From assembly GCA_963751035.1 (NCBI GenBank), contig CAVVSW010000005.1, forward strand, positions 708,784 to 772,783: 64,000 nucleotides of DNA, read 5' to 3'. Positions within the stretch are counted from its first letter, which is position 1. Each line of letters opens with the position of its first letter. The position numbers and the translations under genes were made by a program. Shown here in pieces: positions 1 to 8,423 of the stretch. Under the pieces are notes generated by a model, which made no database searches, was not told the DNA's origin, and was given only the letters and a program-made list of their open reading frames with translations. This DNA is from an uncultured Actinomycetota bacterium (GTDB taxonomy: Bacteria > Actinomycetota > Actinomycetes > JACCUZ01).

Positions 1-941
1 TCCCGCCGAAAGGGCACGACGTCGCAGTGGCTCGCGACCTGTCCAGCAAGGCCGCACACGTGAAGGCCACCGCTGCGGTGCTCGTCTGTTACACGGAGCA
101 CGCGACCAAAGGCCGTGGCCTTCCGCGCCAGGGTCTCATCGGCGCGCTGCGTCAACGGATGACGTCACACGGCATCGAGGTGATCGAGGCCCTGCTCGTG
201 CACAACGGCCGGTGGTGGTCCTACGTGTGCAGCGACCCGTCCTGCTGCCCGCCGAGCGGCACCGAGCTTCCGACATCGTTGACGCCGGCCGCCGCGCACT
301 ACGCCGCTGAGGTCGTCGCCGACGGCGGTGCAGTGCTCACAAGCCGGGCCGAGCTCGAGCGCAGCATCTGCCCGCCGCGCAACCCGGTGGCCGACGAAGC
401 GCGGCGCCAGGCGCTCGAGCGTGCGGGGGAGTGGGTAGTCGACACGATCGCCGCGGGCGGGGCAGTAGCCCTGTGCGACGAGACCGTGTTGCTGATGGAG
501 ACATTCGTACGCCGGTGGGCCGGCGGGTCGCGCGAGCTCACCCACGACGAGGCCGCCCGAGTCGTCCTCGGCCTGAGCCTGAAGTCGGCGCGGGACGAGG
601 CGGCGACCCTGCTGCTGGACGCCGACTCCGACGTGCTGCTGGCGCTGCTCTGCGCTCTCGCGCGCCACGCAGACCTCCCCGACGCGGCACCGGTGTGCAC
701 GGTGCTGGCCTGGGTCGCCTACGCCGACGGTCACGGCGCGCTGGCCAACGTCGCTGTCGAGAGGGCGCTGGAGGCAGACCCCGGCTACGACATGGCCAGG
801 CTCATCGAGGACGCGATGAGCCGCATGATCAGTCCCGCCGCGGTCCGTGCGCTGACCGTCGAGGTGCGCGATGACCTGCGGGCAGCAGAAGGCCCGCCGG
901 CTCGGAAGCCGGCGGGCCCTCCACTGCCGGAGGTCAGCTGA
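1..941 (+). CDS. DUF4192 family protein, 5' end runs off the window
   Basis: ORF 27..941 stays open in the same frame back to nt 3. It carries a Cys-rich WWSYVCSDPSCCPPSG motif that I associate with DUF4192. GC3 is high. Confidence 0.7.
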   Translation, partial: PPKGHDVAVARDLSSKAAHVKATAAVLVCYTEHATKGRGLPRQGLIGALRQRMTSHGIEVIEALLVHNGRWWSYVCSDPSCCPPSGTELPTSLTPAAAHYAAEVVADGGAVLTSRAELERSICPPRNPVADEARRQALERAGEWVVDTIAAGGAVALCDETVLLMETFVRRWAGGSRELTHDEAARVVLGLSLKSARDEAATLLLDADSDVLLALLCALARHADLPDAAPVCTVLAWVAYADGHGALANVAVERALEADPGYDMARLIEDAMSRMISPAAVRALTVEVRDDLRAAEGPPARKPAGPPLPEVS

Positions 942-3225
942 CGGGTGCCGTCCTCTGATCCAGCTCGATCGTTGCCGGGGCGGCGTCAGGCTGGCGCTGC
1001 GCCGGCAGGTGCACCTCGGGACGGCCCTCGATGTACAGCTCGGGGATCCGCCGGTCGAGCCACTGCGGCATCCACCAGTTGGCCTTGCCGAGCACGTGCA
1101 TCACGGCCGGGACGAGCAGCATCCGCACCACGGTGGCATCGATGAAGATCGCCGACGCCATGCCCACGCCGATGACCTTCAGCACGACGTCCGGGCTCGG
1201 GATGAACGCCGCGAACACCGCGACCATGATGAGCGCCGCTGCCGTGATGACCCGGCCCGTGCCGGCCAGGCCCTCGACGATCGCGCGGTGGTTGTCCTTG
1301 GTGCGGATCCAGGCCTCCCGCATCCGGCTGACGAGGAACACCTCGTAGTCCATCGACAGGCCGAACAGCACGGCGAACATCAGCACCGGGACGAACGCCG
1401 GCAGTGGCGTCGGGGTGTCGATGCCGACGAGCTGGCCCGCCCAGCCTCCCTGCAGGACGAGGGCGACCACGCCGTACGCCGCTGCGACCGACAGCAGGTT
1501 CATCACCGCGGCCTTGACCGAGATCATGATGCTGCGGAACGACACGAGCAGCAGCAGCATCGACAGCGCAACCACACCACCGATGAGCAGCGGGATCTTG
1601 CTCGCGATGTTCTCGGTGCTGTCGATCGACGTCGCGGTCACGCCACCGACGTACACCTGCGTGCCGGTGCCGTCGACCGCCTCGGGGATGGTGGTGTCGC
1701 GCAGCAGCGCGACCAGGTCCTCGGTCGCCTTGTCCTGCGGGCCGGTGGTCGGGATGACGGTGAGCACTGCAGTGTCACCCGCCTCGTTGAGCTGGGCGGG
1801 AGTGACCGAAGCGACGCCGGTGGTGCCCTCCAGCGACGTGGTGAGCGCGTCGAGCGCCGATGTGTCGCCGCTCGGCACCTCGGCCGCCAGCAGCAGCGGC
1901 CCGTTCGCGCCGGGGCCGAAGCCGTCGGCGATCAGGTCGTACGCCGTGCGGGTGGACGTGCCCTCGGCGTTGTTGCCGGCGTCCGGGAAGCCGTACCGCA
2001 CGTCGAGGAACGGAGCGGCGAGCACCAACAGGATGGCGACACCGCCGGCGGCGGCGATGAACTTGTGCCGCTCGATCAGCCGGCTCCACCACAGCCACGC
2101 CCCGCTGGGCTCCACGTGACCGCCGACGGCCACGTGCGGCTCGGTCCGATGGGGGAGCGGAAGGCGCAGGCGGTCGATCCGCTTGCCGAAGTAGCCGAGC
2201 AGGGCCGGGAACAGCGTGATGCTGGCAACCATCACGACGAGCACCCCGAGGATGGTCACCAGGGCCGCGCCCCGCATGAACGACAGGCCCATCGCGAACA
2301 GGCCCAGCATGCTGATGACGACCGTCGTGCCGGCGACCATGACCGCCCGCCCGGCGGTGTCGAGGGTGGCTGTGGTCGCAGCCTCAGGATCGAGGCCGGC
2401 AGCCCGCCACTCGCGGAACCGCGTCACCATGAGCAGCGCGTAGTCGATGCCGATGCCGATCCCCATCATGGTCGCCAGCGACGTCGACCAGTCGGGCGCG
2501 TCGATGAAGTTGATGAGCAGCCCGGTCAGCATGCTGCTGACCGCGAGACCCGCGATGGCCACGATGATCGGCAGCCCTGCGGCCACGACGGTGCCGAAGG
2601 TGACGAGCAGGATCAGTGCCGCCGCGCCGATGCCGATGCCCTCCGAGCCGATCTCGGTGGCCTCCGCGTTGGTCACGCTCTGGCCGCCGAGGGCGACCTC
2701 GAAGTCCGACGTGGTCGCGTCGTCGGCGATCTCGAGCATCTGCTCGCTGTCCGCGATCGGCATGTCGACGGGGTTGACCACGTCGAGCTTGATGTGCGAG
2801 AGCAGCGTGCGGCCGTCGGGGGAGATGCCGCCCGGCGTCTCGTACGGGTTCTCGATGCTCGCCACGTGGGGGACAGCGCCCAGCTCGGCGAGCAGCGACT
2901 CGACCGCGGGCTTCGCCGCGTCGGCACCGCCCTCGGCGCGGACGACCACGTCCACGGTGTCGCCGGACTGGGCCGGGAACTTGTCCTCGAGCAGCTGCTG
3001 GGCCTTGCTGGAGTCCGAGCCGGGCGCCGAGTAGTCGGCGAAGAACTCGCCGCCGAAGGCCATCGACAGACCGGCCGACAGCACCAGGGCTGCCACCCAG
3101 GCCAGGACGGTCTTGCCGCGGTTCCGGTAGGCGAATCGGCCGAGCTTGCCGAGGGGTCCGATGTCGGCGGATGCCTTCTCCGCCGGGTCGTTGCCGACGC
3201 GCGGGGAGGGGAGCGTTCTGGACAT
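934..3225 (-). CDS. MMPL family RND-type membrane transporter
   Basis: 763 aa with two blocks of about 6 TM helices, each preceded by a large soluble loop. The N-terminus (GKLGRFAYRNRGKTVLAWV) is typical of MmpL proteins. It is divergent from a TetR gene. Confidence 0.9.
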   Translation of the reverse strand: MSRTLPSPRVGNDPAEKASADIGPLGKLGRFAYRNRGKTVLAWVAALVLSAGLSMAFGGEFFADYSAPGSDSSKAQQLLEDKFPAQSGDTVDVVVRAEGGADAAKPAVESLLAELGAVPHVASIENPYETPGGISPDGRTLLSHIKLDVVNPVDMPIADSEQMLEIADDATTSDFEVALGGQSVTNAEATEIGSEGIGIGAAALILLVTFGTVVAAGLPIIVAIAGLAVSSMLTGLLINFIDAPDWSTSLATMMGIGIGIDYALLMVTRFREWRAAGLDPEAATTATLDTAGRAVMVAGTTVVISMLGLFAMGLSFMRGAALVTILGVLVVMVASITLFPALLGYFGKRIDRLRLPLPHRTEPHVAVGGHVEPSGAWLWWSRLIERHKFIAAAGGVAILLVLAAPFLDVRYGFPDAGNNAEGTSTRTAYDLIADGFGPGANGPLLLAAEVPSGDTSALDALTTSLEGTTGVASVTPAQLNEAGDTAVLTVIPTTGPQDKATEDLVALLRDTTIPEAVDGTGTQVYVGGVTATSIDSTENIASKIPLLIGGVVALSMLLLLVSFRSIMISVKAAVMNLLSVAAAYGVVALVLQGGWAGQLVGIDTPTPLPAFVPVLMFAVLFGLSMDYEVFLVSRMREAWIRTKDNHRAIVEGLAGTGRVITAAALIMVAVFAAFIPSPDVVLKVIGVGMASAIFIDATVVRMLLVPAVMHVLGKANWWMPQWLDRRIPELYIEGRPEVHLPAQRQPDAAPATIELDQRTAPVS

Positions 3226-3257
3226 TTGGGTACCAATCGTGAAGGGGCTTCAACGAA

Positions 3258-3272
3258 GTTATGATGCATAAC
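3258..3272. promoter_or_regulatory. Candidate TetR operator (GTTATG-atg-CATAAC) in the mmpL/tetR divergent promoter
   Basis: Perfect 6-bp inverted arms with a 3-nt spacer, in the only AT-rich stretch between the two divergent genes. It is nested inside an outer 9-bp inverted repeat: AAGGGGCTT at 3242-3250 and AAGCCCCTT at 3287-3295. Confidence 0.35.
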
Positions 3273-3350
3273 TAATCGCAGGTCCAGAGACTTGTCAAGC
3301 CCCTTAACTTCTGTAACGATGCTTAACATTCCGTTCACTTGAGGAGACCG

Positions 3351-4076
3351 ATGACTGCCGCGCAGACCGAGGTGCCACGCCGCGAGCGTGCACGCACCGC
3401 CACGATCGAGGAGATCAAGGCCACCGCCCTCGACCTCATGCGCGAGACGGGGACGACGGAAGCGCGGTTCACCGACATCGCGCGCGTCATGGGAATGACG
3501 CCGCCGGCGCTCTACCGCTACTTCGCCGACCACGACGAGCTCTTGACGGCACTCATCACCGATGCCTACGACGACCTCGGCAGGACGGTCGCCGAGTCCC
3601 GCGACTCGGTTCCGGAGACCGACCTCGGCGGACGCTGGCTGGCGGCGGCCGAGGCCTACCGCCAGTGGGCCCGCCGCGAGCCGCAGCAGTTCGCGCTGAT
3701 CTTCGGGCTGCCGACACCGGGATACGTCGCACCTCAGGAGGGGCCGACCACCGAGGCGGCAAGCCGGGCCATGTCGCAGCTGGCGGCACTGTTCGCGGAG
3801 GCTCACGCGACGGGCAAGCTGCGGCACGCCATCATCCGGGACGTCGAGCCGGCCTTCACGCGGTGCGCCGAGGAGGAGGAGAAGTTCAGCGCGATCCCGA
3901 CGGAGAACTTCCAGGCCATGATGCACGCCTGGGCTTCCCTGCACGGCTTCACCTGTCTTGAGGCCTTCAACCACCTCGACTGGGTGGAGCCGGAGGCCCG
4001 CGACGCCCTGTTCCGCGCCCAGGTCCGGCTCGCCGCGAAAGCCGCAGGCCTGCCCGCTCCCGCCAGAGTCCGGTAG
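3351..4076 (+). CDS. TetR/AcrR family transcriptional regulator
   Basis: N-terminal HTH (ARFTDIARVMGMTPPALYRYFADHDELL). GAGGAG Shine-Dalgarno lies upstream of the ATG at 3351. Divergent from mmpL. Confidence 0.9.
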   Translation: MTAAQTEVPRRERARTATIEEIKATALDLMRETGTTEARFTDIARVMGMTPPALYRYFADHDELLTALITDAYDDLGRTVAESRDSVPETDLGGRWLAAAEAYRQWARREPQQFALIFGLPTPGYVAPQEGPTTEAASRAMSQLAALFAEAHATGKLRHAIIRDVEPAFTRCAEEEEKFSAIPTENFQAMMHAWASLHGFTCLEAFNHLDWVEPEARDALFRAQVRLAAKAAGLPAPARVR

Positions 4077-4087
4077 TATCTGCCCCA

Positions 4088-4200
4088 GGTCATGAGTTCC
4101 AGCGCATAGCCCCGGCTTGCTGGACGGCAACCCTCCACCGCGGTGGGGTGCTCCGGGTGAAGACCGGGCCACAGGCGAGGTGCCTGCGGCAAGCGCGGAC
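4088..4200 (+). promoter_or_regulatory. SAM-IV riboswitch
   Basis: GGTCATGAGTTCCAGCG..AGCCCCGGCTTGCTGG.CGGCAACCCTCCACCGCGGTGGGGTGCTCCGGGTGAAGACC..GCGGCAAGCGCGGAC matches almost position for position the SAM-IV sequence I recall from the Mycobacterium structure construct. Confidence 0.9.
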
Positions 4201-4234
4201 TCGACGACTATCGGGTCCCGGCCCGAGGAGCGTC

Positions 4235-4729
4235 ATGACACTCGCACCATCTCCCGTTGTCGCACCCGACTTCGTCCCCGCCAGCGGGGCTAGACCCGCC
4301 GTACCGGCCCAGCGCTCGCCCTGGTCCCTCCGCCCGGCGGAGGCGCGTCCGGTCGCCGCCGTACGCCTGCCTGGCCGAGACTTCTCCGACCTGGCCGAGG
4401 GTCTGCACGACGCGGGGTTCGCGGTGCTCGACATCCTGGCTCACGAGAAGGGACCGGCCCCGCTGGTCCTCGTGCTGGAGCTGCCCGACGACGAGGACGC
4501 CGTGGCCCGGCTGCTGGCCGCAGGGGCTCGCGGTCCGGCGCGGGTCCTGGTCGTCAACGACCGCGAGCGGCTCGCCGGGGTCCGGCTGCGCGGCAACCTC
4601 GACGCCGTCGTCGAGTCGCCCTGCCACCCGTTGCAGGTAGCGGCCGCGGCGCTGCGCGTCAGCGGTGCGCCGGAGTGGCGCCTCGCGCGCTGGGGCGAGT
4701 CAGTGTTCGACGCGCTCCCGGCCCGTTAG
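4235..4729 (+). CDS. Hypothetical protein (164 aa) immediately downstream of the SAM-IV riboswitch
   Basis: GAGGAG Shine-Dalgarno lies upstream of the ATG at 4235. GC3 is high from about codon 25 onward. The central part (PLVLVLELPDDEDAVARLLAAGARG..VLVV) looks weakly receiver-like or flavodoxin-like. I recognise no family. The start is uncertain. Confidence 0.55.
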   Translation: MTLAPSPVVAPDFVPASGARPAVPAQRSPWSLRPAEARPVAAVRLPGRDFSDLAEGLHDAGFAVLDILAHEKGPAPLVLVLELPDDEDAVARLLAAGARGPARVLVVNDRERLAGVRLRGNLDAVVESPCHPLQVAAAALRVSGAPEWRLARWGESVFDALPAR

Positions 4730-6211
4730 CCCCGGCGCACCCGCCTGCTCCTGGCGGCGGACGATCGACCGGCCGATGAGCAGCCAGCCGAGGAAGCCGA
4801 CCGCGAATGCAACGGCGACGCCGAGGTTCGCGCACGCCCAGGCGCCGTCCTTGCCGCCGAGGCCGAATGGCTCGAGCAGGTAGCCCTGCCATGACAGCCA
4901 GCTCTCGTCGGGCGCGATGGTCGTCACGAGCCCCCACCCGAGGAACGTGCCGAGCGCGATGAGCGCCACACCGGGCAGCCGGAAGGCCCCGTAGCGGCCA
5001 CGCGGGTCGTACAGCTCGGCATCGGCGTACGGCTCGTGCCGCAGCAGCAGGTCGGCCACGAAGATCCCGATCCACGCGGCGATCGGCACGCCGACGGTAA
5101 TGAGGAAGCCCTGGAACGGGGTGATGAAGTCGTCGGCCTTGAAGACGAAGTAGATCGACCCGAGCACCATGATGACGCCGTCGATTGCGGCGGCCACCGG
5201 CCGCGGGACCTTGACTCCCAGAGTGAGCAGCGCGAGGCCGGACGAGTAGATGTCGAGGACCGCGCCGCCGACCAGGCCTAGCACCGCGACGATGGCGAAC
5301 GGCACCAGGAACCAGGTGGGCAGCAGCGTGGTCAGCGCGCCGATCGGGTCGGTGTAGATCTTGTCGGCGAGCCCGTCGACCGACGCGACGAGCAGGATGC
5401 CGTAGACGACGAGCACGACGGGTGCGAGAGCCCCACCGAGCGTGGTCCAGCCGAACACGCCCCGGCTGGACGCCGACCGGGGCAGGTAGCGGGAGTAGTC
5501 GGCGGCGGTGTTCGCCCAGCCCATGCCGAACCCTGTCGCCACCAGGAGCAGCGCCCCCACGAACGCCTGGGTCGAGCCCGACTCGAGCCCGGAGACCTTG
5601 TCCCCGCTGATCTCGTCGGCAGTGATGGCGATGAAGGCCACCGTGAGCACGGCTGTGGCGAGCGTGATGTACATCTGCAGTCGCATGATGACGTCGAACC
5701 CGAGGACGCCGGCGAAGATGACCAGTGCCGCGGTCACGAGGAACGCCACGACCTTCGTGACGTTTCCGCCGCCCCAGCCCAGCTCGGTGAACACCGTGGC
5801 CGTCGCGAGCGTGGACACCGAGACCAGCACCGTCTCCCAGCCGACGAGGAGCAGCCAGGACAGGAACGCCGGTACCGCGTTGCCGGTGACGCCGAACGAT
5901 GCCCGGCTGAGCACCATGGTCGGTGCCGAGCCCCGCTTGCCAGCGAGCGCGACCACGCCGCAGAGCGCGAACGAAAGCACGACGCCGACGACGCCGGCGA
6001 TGACGGCCTGCCAGAAGGAGACCCCGAAGCCGAGGATGAACGCGCCGTACGGGATCGCCAGGACCGAGATGTTCGCGGCGAACCACGGCCAGAACAGGTC
6101 GCGCGGCTCCCCCTTGCGCTCGTTCTCCGCGATGACGTTGATGCCGTTGAGCTCGACGCCGTACTTGCCTTGGTCGGCCGTCGTTCCTGTCCCGTGGGTC
6201 GTGGTCGTCAT
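4700..6211 (-). CDS. NCS1 family (cytosine/purine/uracil/allantoin-type) permease
   Basis: 503 aa with about 12 TM helices. The N-terminus reads GVELNGINVIAENERKGEPRDLFWPWFAANISV. The start ATG at 6211 overlaps the stop of the upstream PNP gene (ATGA). The longer track ORF to 6937 is an out-of-frame extension. Confidence 0.9.
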   Translation of the reverse strand: MTTTTHGTGTTADQGKYGVELNGINVIAENERKGEPRDLFWPWFAANISVLAIPYGAFILGFGVSFWQAVIAGVVGVVLSFALCGVVALAGKRGSAPTMVLSRASFGVTGNAVPAFLSWLLLVGWETVLVSVSTLATATVFTELGWGGGNVTKVVAFLVTAALVIFAGVLGFDVIMRLQMYITLATAVLTVAFIAITADEISGDKVSGLESGSTQAFVGALLLVATGFGMGWANTAADYSRYLPRSASSRGVFGWTTLGGALAPVVLVVYGILLVASVDGLADKIYTDPIGALTTLLPTWFLVPFAIVAVLGLVGGAVLDIYSSGLALLTLGVKVPRPVAAAIDGVIMVLGSIYFVFKADDFITPFQGFLITVGVPIAAWIGIFVADLLLRHEPYADAELYDPRGRYGAFRLPGVALIALGTFLGWGLVTTIAPDESWLSWQGYLLEPFGLGGKDGAWACANLGVAVAFAVGFLGWLLIGRSIVRRQEQAGAPGLTGRERVEH

Positions 6212-7035
6212 CTGATCCCCTTTTCCATGGCCGTCGTACGACGTGTGCTGTCCGCTCGTAACACGTTGGCGATCACTGGGGCGAGCCGCCGAGCCGTGGC
6301 CTCGCCCACCGCGACGACCGCGTCCGGGTCGAGGGCCTCGCCGCTGCCCTCGATCGTCGTCGTCGCCGAGATCCCGAGGACCTCGAGCCCGACGCCGCGC
6401 GCCGCGATCGCCTCGAGCACCGTGGACATCCCCACTAGGTCCGCTCCCATCACGCGGAGCATCCGCGTCTCGGCGCCGGTCTGCACCGATGGCCCGCTCA
6501 TCATGGCGTAGGTGCCTTCGAGAAGTGCGGGGCTCTCGGCGCGTGCGAGTGAGCGCAGCCGGGGGCTCCAGCAGTCGGTGAGGTCGACGAAGTGCGCACC
6601 CACCAGTGGCGAGACCCCCGAGAGGTTGACGTGGTCGGCGATCAGCACGCCGGTGCCCGGGGCCCAGTCCGGCCGGAGGCTCCCGCTGGCGTTCGTCAGC
6701 ACGACGACCCGGGAGCCGGCGGCTGCAGCCGTCCGTACGGCGTGTGCCACCGCTCCTGGACCGTGCCCCTCGAACAGGTGGGTCCGCCCCAGGAAGGCCA
6801 GCAGCGGGATGCCGTCGAGGTCGTAGGAACGCAGCAGGCCGGGATGGCCGGGCGCCGCCGGCGGCACGAAGCCGGGCAGGTCGCTGGTGCGAACCTCGGC
6901 GACCAGCCGGCCGAGGGCGTCGGCCGCGACCGACCACCCGCTGCCGAGCACGACAGCCGCCGCGTGGCGGGGGACACCCGAGCGGTCCGCGAATGCGGCA
7001 GCTGCCTCCGCAGCCAACGCGCTCCAGTCCCGCAC
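6208..7035 (-). CDS. Purine nucleoside phosphorylase (PNP/MTAP family)
   Basis: 275 aa with GRTHLFEGHG, VVVLTNASGSL and GADLVGMSTVLEAI motifs. Translationally coupled to the NCS1 permease. Confidence 0.9.
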   Translation of the reverse strand: MRDWSALAAEAAAAFADRSGVPRHAAAVVLGSGWSVAADALGRLVAEVRTSDLPGFVPPAAPGHPGLLRSYDLDGIPLLAFLGRTHLFEGHGPGAVAHAVRTAAAAGSRVVVLTNASGSLRPDWAPGTGVLIADHVNLSGVSPLVGAHFVDLTDCWSPRLRSLARAESPALLEGTYAMMSGPSVQTGAETRMLRVMGADLVGMSTVLEAIAARGVGLEVLGISATTTIEGSGEALDPDAVVAVGEATARRLAPVIANVLRADSTRRTTAMEKGIR

Positions 7036-7140
7036 GGCCGGAACGCTAGCTGATCTTGGTCACGCGGAACAGGAGCGGCCCCGGAAGCGTTGAAGAGATC
7101 GATTCCCGAGACTCTGAACTCCCGAGAGGGGGGCCACGCC

Positions 7141-8202
7141 ATGCCCAAGACCACTACTTCCGCCACCCTCGACAGCACCTTTGACGCCCCCACAGACACG
7201 GTGACCGAGATCACACCTGACAGCCTGACCGACGCTGCCCTCGACGCCCTGGACACCAGCCCCGACCTCGACGAGGTCGGCCCGACGACCGACCTGATGC
7301 GCGTCTACCTCAGCGAGATCGGCCGCACCCCGCTGCTCACAGCCGAGCAGGAGGTCGAGCTGGCCAAGACCATCGAGGCTGGTGTGTACGCCGAGGAGCT
7401 GCTCCGGCGCCACGAGGCCCGCGAGCAGAAGCAGCCCGCCGCCCGGCGACGTGACCTCACGGTCATCGCCGAGGAGGGCCGGCAGGCCAAGCAGCACATG
7501 ATGCGCGCGAACCTGCGGCTGGTCGTCTCCGTCGCCAAGAAGTTCGGCAACCGAGGCGTGCCGCTGCTCGACGTCGTACAGGAAGGCAACGTCGGTCTGA
7601 TCCGTGCGGTGGAGAAGTTCGACTACGCCAAGGGCTTCAAGTTCTCCACCTACGCCACCTGGTGGATCCGCCAGGCCATCAGCCGTGGGCTGCCCGAGCT
7701 GGCGCGCACGATCCGCCTGCCCGTGCACGTCAACGAGGACGTCGCCAAGGTCGCCCGCGCTCGCCGCGAGCTCGCGGCGCGGCTGGTGACCACGCCGACC
7801 GACGAGGAGATCGCCGCGATCAGCGGGCACACGCCCGAGCGGGTGGCCGAGCTGCGCAGCTTCGGCCGCGACCCGGTCAGCCTCGACGCACCCGTGGGCG
7901 AGGAGGGCGACGCCGTTCTCGGTGACCTGGTCCTCGACGCGAGCGGCCCGTCCGCCGCCGACACGGTCGAGCACCGCGCGATGATCGACGAGCTCAGCCG
8001 CCAGATCGACAAGCTGCCCGAGCGCGAGGCGCTCATCGTGCGGATGCGCTTCGGCCTGTACGACGGGAGGCCGCACACGCTCGACGAGATCGGCGGTCAG
8101 CTCGGTCTGACCCGCGAGCGGATCCGTCAGCTGGAGAAGCTCGCGCTGGCCAAGCTGCGACACCCCAGCATCAGCGAGGAGCTGCTCGACTGGGCGAGCT
8201 GA
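7141..8202 (+). CDS. Group-2 (SigB/HrdD-like) sigma-70 family RNA polymerase sigma factor
   Basis: Regions 1.2 to 4 are present: [70 protein letters not shown]. There is no long region 1.1. A G-rich Shine-Dalgarno precedes the ATG at 7141. Confidence 0.9.
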   Translation: MPKTTTSATLDSTFDAPTDTVTEITPDSLTDAALDALDTSPDLDEVGPTTDLMRVYLSEIGRTPLLTAEQEVELAKTIEAGVYAEELLRRHEAREQKQPAARRRDLTVIAEEGRQAKQHMMRANLRLVVSVAKKFGNRGVPLLDVVQEGNVGLIRAVEKFDYAKGFKFSTYATWWIRQAISRGLPELARTIRLPVHVNEDVAKVARARRELAARLVTTPTDEEIAAISGHTPERVAELRSFGRDPVSLDAPVGEEGDAVLGDLVLDASGPSAADTVEHRAMIDELSRQIDKLPEREALIVRMRFGLYDGRPHTLDEIGGQLGLTRERIRQLEKLALAKLRHPSISEELLDWAS

Positions 8203-8222
8203 CCCAAGCCTGCCTGACAACG

Positions 8223-8291
8223 CAGGAACTGCATGATCACTGCCCGTGTGCAGACACATTTGCGCGGTGATCATGCAGTTCCTGTTTTTTT
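8223..8291 (+). terminator. Intrinsic terminator after the sigma gene
   Basis: Perfect 18-bp inverted repeat: CAGGAACTGCATGATCAC at 8223-8240 and GTGATCATGCAGTTCCTG at 8267-8284. A T7 run follows at 8285-8291. Confidence 0.8.
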
Positions 8292-8423
8292 CGGCTCCCG
8301 AGGTTTGAGCCTTTCCTGCATCACCGTTCACTCGCCCGGACCGTTTTGGCCGGGCGAGCGCGGGTAGCGGCCACTTCAGCGCCCGCCACCAGGTGGGCCG
8401 GTCAACATGCATGGAGGCCAGTG

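Noticed and set aside
871-3264. 797-aa plus-strand ORF covering the whole mmpL locus. Similar long antisense or out-of-frame ORFs include 4659..6086 -, 10926..12605 +, 22310..23791 +, 31970..34522 -, 36034..37563 -, 54846..56400 + and 57874..59382 -.
   Set aside because: Their translations are Arg/Gly/Asp/His-rich low-complexity strings, as expected from stop-codon depletion in about 70% GC DNA. Each lies opposite or out of frame to a gene with clear family motifs and proper GC3 skew.
4700-6937. 745-aa ORF suggesting a very long permease, and likewise 10114..11766, 11013..13094, 25267..26040 and 46897..48009.
   Set aside because: Only the 3' parts are protein-like. The 5' extensions run through the upstream gene in another frame. 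Internal starts with overlap coupling (ATGA/GTGA) or Shine-Dalgarno sequences give proteins of normal family length.
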